A stretch of 64,000 nucleotides of DNA. Origin: an uncultured Clostridia bacterium. GTDB lineage: Bacteria > Bacillota > Clostridia > Christensenellales > Aristaeellaceae. Position 1 is the stretch's first letter; the number at the start of each line of letters is the position of its first letter. The position numbers and the translations under genes are program-made. This document shows positions 42,470 through 51,385 of this stretch, one piece after another. The notes under the pieces were generated by a model. That model was not told the origin of the DNA. It worked only from the letters and a program-made list of their open reading frames with translations, and did not search any database. Location of the stretch: the NCBI GenBank assembly GCA_934662505.1, contig CAKUKE010000008.1, forward strand, positions 1,076 through 65,075, written 5' to 3'.

Positions 42470-42960
42470 ACCGAAAAAAGGGTGTCAAGAACAAATGACG
42501 CGCGGGAAGATTGCATAAAATCATTTCAAAAATATGACAAAAATCGATTCCTGTGAAAAATATGTTAATTCTTTTTCGCGGCTTTGCAAAAGGAACGGTT
42601 TAAAGTTATCCACAACGCAAATTGTGGATAACTTTGCCCTTTTCAGGCCACTTTTCCACTAAAGCAGCGGAAAATAAGGTATTTCCACACCTTTTTTGTG
42701 GATAACTCTGTGGATAATGTGGAAAAGTCCCTGAACGGTTCAAAAGGGACGGGAGACAAAATGTGCATGGAGGCGCGTCAAAAAAAGGCGAAGGACGGGG
42801 AAAAAACGAAGGGAACGGGAGGGAAAACGCAGAGAACGTGTCAAAAAAGCGAGAAAGGGGAAAGCCTGTTCGGTGGAAAAGTCTGTTGACAACCGGTCGG
42901 GGCGGCGGTGGATAACCCCTGCGGAAAAAGTTCAAACTTTTTTGACTTGACAGGGGGTTT
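42470..42960. other. candidate replication origin (oriC): AT-rich block plus DnaA-box cluster
   Basis: Perfect TTATCCACA/TGTGGATAA boxes lie at 42606-14, 42623-31, 42697-705 and 42709-17. Boxes with 1-2 mismatches lie at 42652-60, 42681-89, 42718-26, 42872-80 and 42907-15. Positions 42511-42600 are ~70% A+T by hand count, with AAAAATATG at 42528 and 42556. The site coincides with the coding-strand switch of the window. Confidence 0.65.
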
Positions 42961-43011
42961 GCTTCTGCATGCCGCGCATATATTCATGCGGAGGTGAACG
43001 CTGTGGGGAGG

Positions 43012-43758
43012 ATGCTCAAGGAGCGGGCGATCATTGCCGCCTGCGCGTTTGTTTTGCTGCTGGGTGTGTCGGCGGTGGCGCCCCGACCGGCGCTTCCTGC
43101 CCGTTCGCCCCGTCCGGTGGATGCTGCGGAACCGTCGGGACAGCTTCAGGGACGGGTGATCTGCGTGGATCCAGGGCACGGGGGTCAGGACGGCGGCGCC
43201 CGGGCGCGGGACAGCGGCACCTGGGAGCGGGAAATAAACCTGCAGGTGGCGCGCCGTCTCCGTCAGACGCTGGAGGAAGCGGGGGCGACGGTGGTGATGA
43301 CGCGGGAGGATGAAGGGGCACTGGCGGATGGAAAGCGGGAAGACCTGACGCTGCGCATGGAAAAGGCTGCGGCGGCGGGGGCGGATATGCTGCTGAGCAT
43401 CCACATGAATGAGTACCGTTCCCGCCGGGAGAGCGGCCCGCAGGTGTTTTATCGGGCGGGGCAGGAGGAAAGCCGGCTGCTGGCTGCCGTTTTGCAGGAG
43501 GCGCTCATTGAGGGTCTGGCGCCGGAAAAGCGGCGGGAAGCCATGGCAGGAGATTACTACGTGCTGTCTCTGGATATTCCCTCAGTGCTGGTGGAGTGCG
43601 GCTTTATCTCCAACAGTACGGAAGAAAAGAAACTGCTGAACGAAGATTATCAGGGAGAGATGGCGCGTAGCCTGACGCAGGGCGTGGAGCGGTATCTGGC
43701 GCTGGCCGCGGCGCGGGGAGAAAGCGGCAATTCAATGGAAGAAAAGGTGACGAAATAA
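43012..43758 (+). CDS. cwlD: N-acetylmuramoyl-L-alanine amidase, CwlD-like (germination-specific)
   Basis: 248 aa from ATG 43012 (GGGGAGG RBS). N-terminal TM, then Amidase_3 motifs VCVDPGHGGQDGG, LSIHMN, VLVECGFISN. Confidence 0.85.
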   Translation: MLKERAIIAACAFVLLLGVSAVAPRPALPARSPRPVDAAEPSGQLQGRVICVDPGHGGQDGGARARDSGTWEREINLQVARRLRQTLEEAGATVVMTREDEGALADGKREDLTLRMEKAAAAGADMLLSIHMNEYRSRRESGPQVFYRAGQEESRLLAAVLQEALIEGLAPEKRREAMAGDYYVLSLDIPSVLVECGFISNSTEEKKLLNEDYQGEMARSLTQGVERYLALAAARGESGNSMEEKVTK

Positions 43759-43832
43759 CGAAGCACACCGGGAAAGGGACGCTTGGGCGTGCAGCCTGAC
43801 GCAGGGCGAACGGCTTCGCGGTCAGGCGCTGT

Positions 43833-44075
43833 CCCCTTTGGGCAGACTGCGCGCGGCGTCTGTGCGCTGCTGTGCTTTCTGGATGCGCGGCGTTTTCGTG
43901 GACAGGATGCGCAGCCGTGTGTTGACAGGGGCATGCCCCCGGGGGATATGTTGCATTCGTCCTCGTCCGCGCCACCCGCTGCGCCGTTCGCAGATGTCCC
44001 CGGGGGATACGCTGCATCTGCGCGCCGCTGTGTTTTCGGGATGCGCGGCATTTCCGGGCATGCGGTGCGGCGCCT
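43833..44075. repeat. three degenerate direct repeats (~60-90 bp) with GC palindromes in a non-coding block
   Basis: gcggcgtctgtgcgctgctgtgctttctggatgcgcggcgttttcgtgg (43853-) matches gctgcatctgcgcgccgctgtgttttcgggatgcgcggcatttccggg (44010-) at ~80% identity. ccccgggggataYgYtgcat occurs at 43937 and 43998, and the palindrome ggggcatgcccc at 43928. Confidence 0.6.
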
Positions 44076-44399
44076 GCTCGTCTGCACCGGCTGCAAGGGG
44101 GCGGAACGGCAGCCGGAAAGGGGAAAAATCGCTGAATGATCTGAGCAGGGGAGGACACGGCCTCGGGACAGTCGGACAAAACGGCGGCGGAGACGGTGCA
44201 TACCCAGCCGTTTTTGGGCGGCGACCATGGAAAACGTTTGCACGACCCGCCGTGCCGGAGGGGCATTTCTCTGCGGCCGGCAGGCCGGGGCTTCAGGACG
44301 TGGGAAAAGGCGTTTTTTCGGAGCGCCTTTTTTAACGCGTGATTTTGGAACAAAAAAGGCCATTTCTGGTCTTTTTTGGTGTTCCCTTCTTTTTAAGGG

Positions 44400-44429
44400 T
44401 TGACAGCGGGGGAAGAACAACCGTATACT
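44400..44429 (+). promoter_or_regulatory. promoter of the HTH/sigma-like gene pair
   Basis: TTGACA (44400-05), 18 nt spacer, TATACT (44424-29), ~50 nt upstream of the ATG at 44481. Confidence 0.5.
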
Positions 44430-44480
44430 TGCGTCAGAAAACGGGAACAAAAGTTCGCATTTTGAAAGGAGAACGGGAAC

Positions 44481-44705
44481 ATGAAGAAAAATGTTTACCC
44501 CAGACTGCGGGCACAGATGGCGCTGCGGGGCTATTCTGTCAAAAGCCTGAGCGAGGCTTCCGGCATACGCTACCACACCCTGAGCAGGAAGATCAGGGGC
44601 GAATTTGATTTTACCCTGCGGGAAGCGGCGCAGCTGCAAAAAACGCTGGCCTTTGACGGGGCGCTGGAGACCCTGTTTGCCAGCGGGGAGGGGGCGCAGC
44701 GGTGA
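44481..44705 (+). CDS. small XRE/Cro-like helix-turn-helix protein
   Basis: 74 aa, MKKNVYPRLRAQMALRGYSVKSLSEASGIRYHTLSRKIRGEFDFTLREAAQLQKTL.... The HTH pattern is like phage/ICE Cro-type regulators. AAAGGAG RBS. Confidence 0.7.
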   Translation: MKKNVYPRLRAQMALRGYSVKSLSEASGIRYHTLSRKIRGEFDFTLREAAQLQKTLAFDGALETLFASGEGAQR

Positions 44706-45145
44706 CGGCGGAGGAAGCGCGGGCGTGGGCCTTTTCAGAGGAGGGGGTTCGACGGGGACGCGCCTATATGCAGGCGCCCCGTCAGGTGGAAAACCGTCTT
44801 TCCCTGCTCTATGCCCGGGCGGATGCGCTGCGGGAAGGCCGCGCCCGGGTCGGGGCAGGACGGACGCGGGAGGAGGAGATGCTTTGCGTGGAGCAGGAAA
44901 CGGAGGAGGCGCTGCATCTTTTATCCGCCATGCGCAGGGAGCGGGAGGCGCTGCTGGACGCCATGGCGGACAGGGAGGTGAGCCGGGCGCTGAAAATGTA
45001 TTATCTGGAGGGGGTGAGCGCCGTGGCGGCTGCCCGCCGGATGTATGTGGATGAGCGGAGCTTTTTCCGCCGCCTTCATCGCGGGTGCGGCATGGCGGCA
45101 CTGGCGCTGGCGCTCGGTTGCACGGACGGCAAAAAAATGGTATAA
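44702..45145 (+). CDS. sigma-70 region-4-like DNA-binding protein (DUF1492/ArpU/RinA-like phage-type regulator)
   Basis: 147 aa. GTG start overlaps the upstream stop (GTGA), with GGGGAGGGGG 8 nt upstream. The C-terminal ...LKMYYLEGVSAVAAARRMYVDERSFFRRLHRG resembles a sigma region 4 HTH. The family call is tentative. Confidence 0.55.
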   Translation: MTAEEARAWAFSEEGVRRGRAYMQAPRQVENRLSLLYARADALREGRARVGAGRTREEEMLCVEQETEEALHLLSAMRREREALLDAMADREVSRALKMYYLEGVSAVAAARRMYVDERSFFRRLHRGCGMAALALALGCTDGKKMV

Positions 45146-45146
45146 T

Positions 45147-45176
45147 AAAAGGCACCGATTTTTTTCGGCGCCTTTT
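45147..45176 (+). terminator. intrinsic terminator after the sigma-like gene
   Basis: Stem aaaaggcaccga/tcggcgcctttt (one mismatch) ending in a T-run, 2 nt after the stop. Confidence 0.55.
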
Positions 45177-45249
45177 CGGTGCGTCCGGAACAGGAAAACG
45201 GACGCCGGAGGGGCGCGGCGGAGAAGACGTATTTTCACAGTAAGGCAGG

Positions 45250-47247
45250 ATGATTATGGCACAGGCATATAATGCGGGCAGTATCAAGGTGCTGGAGGGT
45301 CTGGACGCCGTTCGGATGCGTCCGGGCATGTACATCGGCTCCACGGGCGCCCGTGGACTTCACCACCTGTTGTGGGAAATAGTGGATAACGCCATCGACG
45401 AGGCCATGGGCGGCTTTGCCACCGAGGTGGCGGTCACGCTGCATAAGGACGGGTCCGCCTCGGTGTGGGACAACGGCCGGGGCATGCCGGTGGACATGCA
45501 CCCCACCCTTGGCATTCCCGGGGTGGAGGTCATTTTTACAAAGCTGCATGCAGGCGGCAAGTTCGGCAACGACAACTATGCCTATTCCGGCGGTCTGCAC
45601 GGGGTGGGCGCCAGCGTGGTCAACGCCCTGTCCCGCTGGCTGACGGTGGATATTTTTATCAACTGGACCCATTACGCCATGCGGTTTGAAAGCGTGGATG
45701 ACCCGGCGGAGAAGGGCAAGGTGATCTCCGGGCACCCGGTGACGGGGCTTGAAAAGGTAGGCAACACCCGCAAACGGGGTACGCTGGTGCGCTTCATGCC
45801 GGACGATCGGGTGTTTGAGGACGTGCATTTCAACCATGAGACCGTGCGCAACCGGCTGCGGGAGCTGGCCTACCTGAACCGGGGGCTGAAGATCACGCTG
45901 GAGGACGAACGGGCGCGGGACGAAGAAAATCGCCGGCAGGAGTTTTATTACGAGGGCGGTATTTCCGATTATGTCCGTTTCCTGAACACGGGCAAAACGC
46001 CGCTGCACGATTCGGTCATCGAACTGCGCGGCCAGAAGGACGGGGTGGTATGCGACGCGGCGGTGCAGTACACCGACGGCTTTTCAGAATCGGTTTTCTC
46101 CTTTGTCAACAATATTCCCACCGGCGAGGGAGGCACCCATGAGGCGGGCTTCCGCGCCGCATGGACGCGGGTGTTCAACGACTATGCCCGCCGCATCGGC
46201 GTGCTGAAGGAAAAGGATAACAACCTGTCCGGCGAGGATTTCCGGGAAGGAATCACCGCCGTCATCACTACCATGGTGAAAAACCCCCAGTTTGAGGGGC
46301 AGACCAAGGGACGGCTGGGCAACACCGAGGTGCGGCCGGCGGTGGAAGCCATCGTGACACAGCAGCTGACGCTGTTTTTAGAGGATCTGAAAAACCAGGA
46401 GCTGGCGCAGAAAATCGTGGAAAAAGCGGTAAAGGCCGCCCGGGTGAGGGAGGCGACCCGCAAGGCCCGGGACGTGGCGCGCGTGAAAAACGATCTGGAG
46501 GCTGCGCCGCTGGTGGGCAAGCTGTCTGCCTGCACGGGACGGAAGGCCGTGGAAAACGAACTGTTCATCGTGGAGGGCGACTCCGCAGGCGGCAGCGCCA
46601 AGCAGGGGCGCGACCGTCGTTTTCAGGCCATCCTGCCGCTGCGGGGCAAGCCCCTCAACGTGGAGAAAAAACGGCTGGATCAGGTGCTGCTCAACGAAGA
46701 ATTCCGTTCCATCATCACGGCGCTGGGCACGGGCATCGGCGAGGATTTTGACCTGTCCAGCCTGAAATATCATAAAGTCATCATTCTGGCCGACGCAGAT
46801 CAGGACGGCGCCCACATCCGGGCCATTCTGCTCACGTTTTTCTACCGTTACATGCGGCCGCTGGTGGCCGAGGGACATGTGTTCATCGGCATGCCCCCCC
46901 TGTACGCCGTCAAGCGCAGCGGCGGGATCCAGTACGCCTACGACGATAAGGAACTGAAAAAGCTGACCGCCGGGCTGCGGGGCGGCTACACCGTCCAGCG
47001 GTATAAAGGTCTGGGTGAAATGAACCCGGAGCAGCTGTGGGAGACCACCATGGATCCCGCACACCGGAAACTGATGCAGGTGACGCTGGAGGATGCGGTG
47101 CAGGAAGAACAGATCATCACCGTGCTGATGGGCGACAAGGTGGAGCCTCGGCGGGAATACATTACCGAGCACGCCGAGTTCAACAAGGCGGATCATTTTG
47201 AAGGCACGCTGGAAAACAGCTATCAGATGTTTTCCGGCATGGATTGA
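45250..47247 (+). CDS. gyrB: DNA gyrase subunit B
   Basis: 665 aa with ...[20 protein letters not shown]..., [24 protein letters not shown] and PLRGK. The start could be the second ATG at 45256. Confidence 0.97.
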   Translation: MIMAQAYNAGSIKVLEGLDAVRMRPGMYIGSTGARGLHHLLWEIVDNAIDEAMGGFATEVAVTLHKDGSASVWDNGRGMPVDMHPTLGIPGVEVIFTKLHAGGKFGNDNYAYSGGLHGVGASVVNALSRWLTVDIFINWTHYAMRFESVDDPAEKGKVISGHPVTGLEKVGNTRKRGTLVRFMPDDRVFEDVHFNHETVRNRLRELAYLNRGLKITLEDERARDEENRRQEFYYEGGISDYVRFLNTGKTPLHDSVIELRGQKDGVVCDAAVQYTDGFSESVFSFVNNIPTGEGGTHEAGFRAAWTRVFNDYARRIGVLKEKDNNLSGEDFREGITAVITTMVKNPQFEGQTKGRLGNTEVRPAVEAIVTQQLTLFLEDLKNQELAQKIVEKAVKAARVREATRKARDVARVKNDLEAAPLVGKLSACTGRKAVENELFIVEGDSAGGSAKQGRDRRFQAILPLRGKPLNVEKKRLDQVLLNEEFRSIITALGTGIGEDFDLSSLKYHKVIILADADQDGAHIRAILLTFFYRYMRPLVAEGHVFIGMPPLYAVKRSGGIQYAYDDKELKKLTAGLRGGYTVQRYKGLGEMNPEQLWETTMDPAHRKLMQVTLEDAVQEEQIITVLMGDKVEPRREYITEHAEFNKADHFEGTLENSYQMFSGMD

Positions 47248-47282
47248 AAGGCGCAGGCGCTGAGCCGGGAGGATCAAAACAC

Positions 47283-49727
47283 ATGGCAAAGAAACCGCCG
47301 CAGGAACCTGCGGCAAATCAGGAGATTATCCAGTCCTCGCTGGAAGAGGTCATGCATCAGAGCATGATGCCCTACGCCGAGTACGTCATTCTGGAGCGGG
47401 CGCTCCCCCGGGTGGAGGACGGGCTCAAGCCCGTGCAGCGCCGTATCCTGTTCACCATGCAGGAACTGGGACTGGCGCCGGACAAGCCGCACCGCAAGTG
47501 CGCCCGCATCGTGGGCGACTGCCTTGGTAAATATCACCCCCACGGAGACACCAGCGTGTACGACGCGCTGGTGCGCATGGCGCAGCCCTATTCCATGCGG
47601 GGGCTGCTGGTGGACGGCCACGGCAATTTTGGCTCCATCGACGGCGACAGCGCCGCCGCCATGCGTTATACCGAAGCGCGCATGGCGCCGCTGGCGCTGG
47701 AAATGCTGCGGGATATCGACAAGGATACCGTGCCCTTCCGGCTGAACTTTGACGACACACTGAAAGAGCCCGACCTTCTGCCGGCACGTTTCCCCAACCT
47801 GCTGGTCAACGGCGCGTCGGGTATTGCGGTGGGGCTGGCGACCAACATTCCCCCTCACAACCTGCGGGAAGCGGTGCGGGCAACCTGCATGCAGATGGAG
47901 AACCCGGACGTATCGCTGGACGACCTGATGAAGGCCATGCCTGCGCCGGATTTTCCCACCGGCGGCGTGCTGCTGGACACCGCCGAGATCCGTACGGCCT
48001 ACGAAACGGGACGGGGCAAATTGACCCTGCGGGCGCGGGTGCATGTGGAGCAGGGCAGCGCGGGGCGCTCCCTTCTGTGCATCACCGAGGTGCCCTACGG
48101 GGTGTCCAAGGCGCAGATGCTGGAAAAGATCCTCAGGCTGTCCGTGGAGAAGAAGGGCGTTCTGACCGGGATATACGACATTCGGGACGAAAGCGACCGC
48201 ACGGGGATGCGGGCGGTCATTGAACTGAAAAAGGACGTCGACCCCCAGAAAATGCTCCGCTACCTGTACAAGTACAGCGATCTGCAGGTGACCTTCGGCG
48301 TGAATCTGGTGGCTGTGGCGGACGGCAAGCCCGTGCAGATGGGCGTCAAAAAGGCGCTGGATTATTACATCCGTCACCAGAAAACGGTGGTCACGCGCCG
48401 CACCCGGTATGAACTGGATCAGGCGCGGGCCCGGGCGCATGTGTTGGAAGGGCTGATTGTGGCCGTGGATAATCTGGACGAGGTCATCGCCCTGATCCGC
48501 GGCAGCAAAAACGGCAGGGAAGCCAAGCAGAAGCTGATGGCGCGCTTCGATTTCGACGATGTGCAGGCGCAGGCTATTCTGGATCTGCGATTGCAGCGCC
48601 TCACGGGGCTGGAGATCGAGACCCTCCGCCGGGAATATGCGGAGGTACTCCGGCTGATCGGTACGCTGGAGGGCATCCTCAAGAGCGAAAAGAAGCTGAC
48701 GGCCGTCATTGTCAGGGAAATGACCGAAATTGCGGAAAAATACGGCGATGAGCGCCGTACCCAGCTGGTGAGGGAAGACGAAGGCGAGGGCGAGGCGGAA
48801 CCGCTGGATGCGCCGGCGCCTGAGGACGCGGTGGTGGTCATGACCCGGAGCGGACTTTTGCGCCGGTACGCGCCCCGCGCCTATGAAAAGCTGGAACTGC
48901 CGGAAAATGTGGAGGAGTGGGCACGCTATACCTTCCGTACCCGGACGGATCATACCCTGCTCTTTTTCACCGACCTTGGCAACTGCTATCCGCTGAGCGT
49001 GGGTGCCTTGACCGAGCTGACCCGCCCGAAGGAGCGGGGGGTCAGCCTGCAGGGGGTGCTCAACGGGCTGGAAAAGGGCGAAAAGTGCGTGACGCTGATG
49101 GATGTGGCGCCGGGCGTGCTGAAGACCATGGGCGATTTTGTGTTCTATACGGAAAACGGCATGATCAAGCGCACCTCCGCTGCGGAGTATGATGTGCGCA
49201 GAGCGCGGGTGGCCGCGCTGACGCTGAAGGACGGCGACCGTCTTCTGAGCGTGGAGACCCTGCCCGACGGGGACGACCTGCTGATGATGACGCGGGGGGG
49301 CATGTGCATCCGCTTCCGGGCGGATACGGTGCCTGCTACGGGGCGGGTATCCGCCGGGGTGAAGGGCATTCGGCTGGACGGGGACGACCGGCTGCTGGCG
49401 GGCTGGACGATGAACAACCAGAGCCAGTTCGTGCTGTTTACCGACCGGGGCTATGCCAAGCGGCTGATGGGCGTGCTGTTTGATACGCAGGGGCGGGCAG
49501 GCAAGGGCGTCCGGTGCGTTTCCTTCAATAAAAATGGCGCCACGGGACAGACGCTGGCCTGCGCCTGTCGGGTGGACAGACCCTGCATGCTCACCGTGCT
49601 GCAGAACGGCGGCATGGCTACGCCCATGAGCACCGAGGATATCCCCTGTCAGAACCTTTCGGACAAGGGCAAGCCTGCGGTCATGGCCGTGCTGGACGAT
49701 ACGGTGGAAGAGATGATCCTGTCCTGA
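47283..49727 (+). CDS. gyrA: DNA gyrase subunit A
   Basis: 814 aa from ATG 47283 with ...[29 protein letters not shown]..., the active-site region [10 protein letters not shown], and C-terminal beta-pinwheel repeats. Confidence 0.97.
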   Translation: MAKKPPQEPAANQEIIQSSLEEVMHQSMMPYAEYVILERALPRVEDGLKPVQRRILFTMQELGLAPDKPHRKCARIVGDCLGKYHPHGDTSVYDALVRMAQPYSMRGLLVDGHGNFGSIDGDSAAAMRYTEARMAPLALEMLRDIDKDTVPFRLNFDDTLKEPDLLPARFPNLLVNGASGIAVGLATNIPPHNLREAVRATCMQMENPDVSLDDLMKAMPAPDFPTGGVLLDTAEIRTAYETGRGKLTLRARVHVEQGSAGRSLLCITEVPYGVSKAQMLEKILRLSVEKKGVLTGIYDIRDESDRTGMRAVIELKKDVDPQKMLRYLYKYSDLQVTFGVNLVAVADGKPVQMGVKKALDYYIRHQKTVVTRRTRYELDQARARAHVLEGLIVAVDNLDEVIALIRGSKNGREAKQKLMARFDFDDVQAQAILDLRLQRLTGLEIETLRREYAEVLRLIGTLEGILKSEKKLTAVIVREMTEIAEKYGDERRTQLVREDEGEGEAEPLDAPAPEDAVVVMTRSGLLRRYAPRAYEKLELPENVEEWARYTFRTRTDHTLLFFTDLGNCYPLSVGALTELTRPKERGVSLQGVLNGLEKGEKCVTLMDVAPGVLKTMGDFVFYTENGMIKRTSAAEYDVRRARVAALTLKDGDRLLSVETLPDGDDLLMMTRGGMCIRFRADTVPATGRVSAGVKGIRLDGDDRLLAGWTMNNQSQFVLFTDRGYAKRLMGVLFDTQGRAGKGVRCVSFNKNGATGQTLACACRVDRPCMLTVLQNGGMATPMSTEDIPCQNLSDKGKPAVMAVLDDTVEEMILS

Positions 49728-49755
49728 AAAGGACGGAGTCGGGAAGAAGGAGACG

Positions 49756-51141
49756 GTGAGCTTGTACGACAGAAAACGGGTCTGGGCGCAGGATCGGGAG
49801 ATCCTCCGTCTGGCTGGACCGTGCATCATGGAAAACCTGTCCTCTACCATGGTAGGGTTTGTGGATGCGGCCATGATCGGCGCGCTGGGCGCGGAAGCGA
49901 CGGCGGCGGTGGGTGTAGTGGCACCCTTCACGTGGCTGATCGGCGGTGTGGTGTCCTCCATTGGGGTGGGCGGCACGGCGGTGGTGGCGCGTCTGATCGG
50001 CGGAAAAAATGACGGAGAAGCCCGCCGGGTGACGGGTCAGGTGTTTTGGATGGCGGCGGCGCTGAGCGCCCTGATGACGCTGCTGGTGGTTGTCTGTGCG
50101 CCGCTGATTCCTGCGGTGATGCAGGCGGACGGGGCGCTGCACAGGGACTGTGCCGCATACCTGCGCTGTCTGGCGCTGGGCTATATCCCGTGCTATACAG
50201 GCATGGTGATGGGCGCGCTGCTGCGGGGTGCGGGGGATACCCGTACGCCCATGGTGTCCGGGCTGCTGGCCAATGCCGTCAACGTGGTGCTGAATTTCTT
50301 CATGATTTATGAACCCCGCTTCATTGCCATCGGAGGCGGCAGCCTCTACGTATGGGGCGCGGGTCTGGGCGTGGAGGGCGCGGCGCTGGCCAGCGCGCTG
50401 GCCAATGCGTTCTCCGGGGTGTACATTCTGCTGCATATGCGGCGTAAAAAGACCCGGCTGCGGCTGGAAATTCCGCCGTTGAAGCGGGTGCAGGGCAGCG
50501 TATGGGCGCGGGTGCTGCGCATCGGTACGCCCGCCGCGCTGGAGCGGGTGGCGGTCAATCTGGGACAGATGCTGTTTGCCTCCATGATCTCCTCGCTGGG
50601 TGTGGCGGAAATCGCCGCCCACAGTCTGGCAATCGAAATTGAAGGGCTGGGCTATATGCCTGCCTATGGCTTCGGCGCGGCGGCGACCACACTGGTGGGG
50701 ATGCGGCTGGGCGAGGGCGACCGGGAGGGCGCCCGGTATGTGGGCAAACGGGCGGCCACGCTGGCGGTGCTGTTGCTCATTGCGGTGGGGGCGGGCACGT
50801 TTGTGTTTGCTCCGCAATTGATCGCGCTGTTCACGCCGGATGAAAGGGTGCGCGCCATCGGCGCGTCGCTCATCTGCATCTGCTCCTTTGAGCAGCCCTT
50901 CAACGCTCTGAACAACGTGCTTTCCGGCGCGCTGCGGGGCGCGGGGGATACCCGTATGCCGCTGGTGTATTCCTTTGTGAGCATGTGGCTGGTGCGCATT
51001 CTTCTTTCCTGGCTGCTGGGCATTTGTCTGGGCGGCGGTATCTATGTCGTCTGGTGGTGCATGGTGGCCGATCTGGGCGTGCGGGGCGCGCTGATGGCCT
51101 GGCGGTTCCATCAGGGAAAATGGGCGGATATTCGGGTCTGA
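49756..51141 (+). CDS. MATE family efflux transporter
   Basis: 461 aa with 12 TM segments and a MATE signature (...ILRLAGPCIMENLSSTMVGFVDAAMIG...). Lies only 28 nt after the gyrA stop. The start codon (GTG 49756 or TTG 49762) is uncertain. Confidence 0.9.
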   Translation: MSLYDRKRVWAQDREILRLAGPCIMENLSSTMVGFVDAAMIGALGAEATAAVGVVAPFTWLIGGVVSSIGVGGTAVVARLIGGKNDGEARRVTGQVFWMAAALSALMTLLVVVCAPLIPAVMQADGALHRDCAAYLRCLALGYIPCYTGMVMGALLRGAGDTRTPMVSGLLANAVNVVLNFFMIYEPRFIAIGGGSLYVWGAGLGVEGAALASALANAFSGVYILLHMRRKKTRLRLEIPPLKRVQGSVWARVLRIGTPAALERVAVNLGQMLFASMISSLGVAEIAAHSLAIEIEGLGYMPAYGFGAAATTLVGMRLGEGDREGARYVGKRAATLAVLLLIAVGAGTFVFAPQLIALFTPDERVRAIGASLICICSFEQPFNALNNVLSGALRGAGDTRMPLVYSFVSMWLVRILLSWLLGICLGGGIYVVWWCMVADLGVRGALMAWRFHQGKWADIRV

Positions 51142-51154
51142 GCACCTGCGGGCA

Positions 51155-51191
51155 GAAAAAAGCCGTGTCAGAAAATGACACGGCTTTTTTG
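51155..51191. terminator. bidirectional intrinsic terminator
   Basis: The perfect 10-bp stem agccgtgtca/tgacacggct has an A-run on its 5' side and a T-run on its 3' side. It lies between the convergent MATE (+) and mutY-GNAT (-) genes. Confidence 0.85.
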
Positions 51192-51227
51192 AATGGAAAA
51201 TGCATGGAAAAGGCGGGGCGGTGGCGG

Positions 51228-51385
51228 GCGTGCAGGGTCTTCCCGCCGATGGCGCGTCCCGCACCTGCGTTTCAAGGGGCGTTTCGCAGCGGGTGCGTGC
51301 AGGGTCTTCCTGCCGATGGCGTGTTTCGCACCTGCGTTTCAAGGGGTGTTCTGCGGCGGGCGCACAAGGTCTTCCTCTGCAAGAC
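51228..51385. repeat. 67-bp tandem direct repeat, ~2.3 copies
   Basis: Copy 1 (51228-51294) and copy 2 (51295-51361) differ at 9 of 67 positions, mostly C/T transitions. A partial copy 3 starts near 51360. Copies 2/3 overlap the last ~15 codons of the minus-strand mutY-GNAT gene. Confidence 0.85.

Noticed and set aside
42606-42935. ORFs 42606..42935 (-) and 42698..42889 (+) inside the DnaA-box region
   Set aside because: No RBS and a low-complexity translation. The sequence is better explained as DnaA boxes and a purine-rich spacer.
43760-44340. Search for SRP RNA, RNase P, tmRNA or tRNA signatures in the GC-rich spacers (also 23040-23589 and 27655-27977)
   Set aside because: None of the hallmark motifs I know were seen on either strand. 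These include GGUUCGAAUCC-type T-loops, GAGGAAAGUCCGGGC and the SRP GGAAGCAGCC motif.
43650-45344. 564-aa minus-strand ORF spanning the cwlD 3' end, the repeat block and the HTH/sigma-like genes
   Set aside because: The sequence is Pro/Arg/Ala-rich junk with no start context. It overlaps well-supported plus-strand genes.
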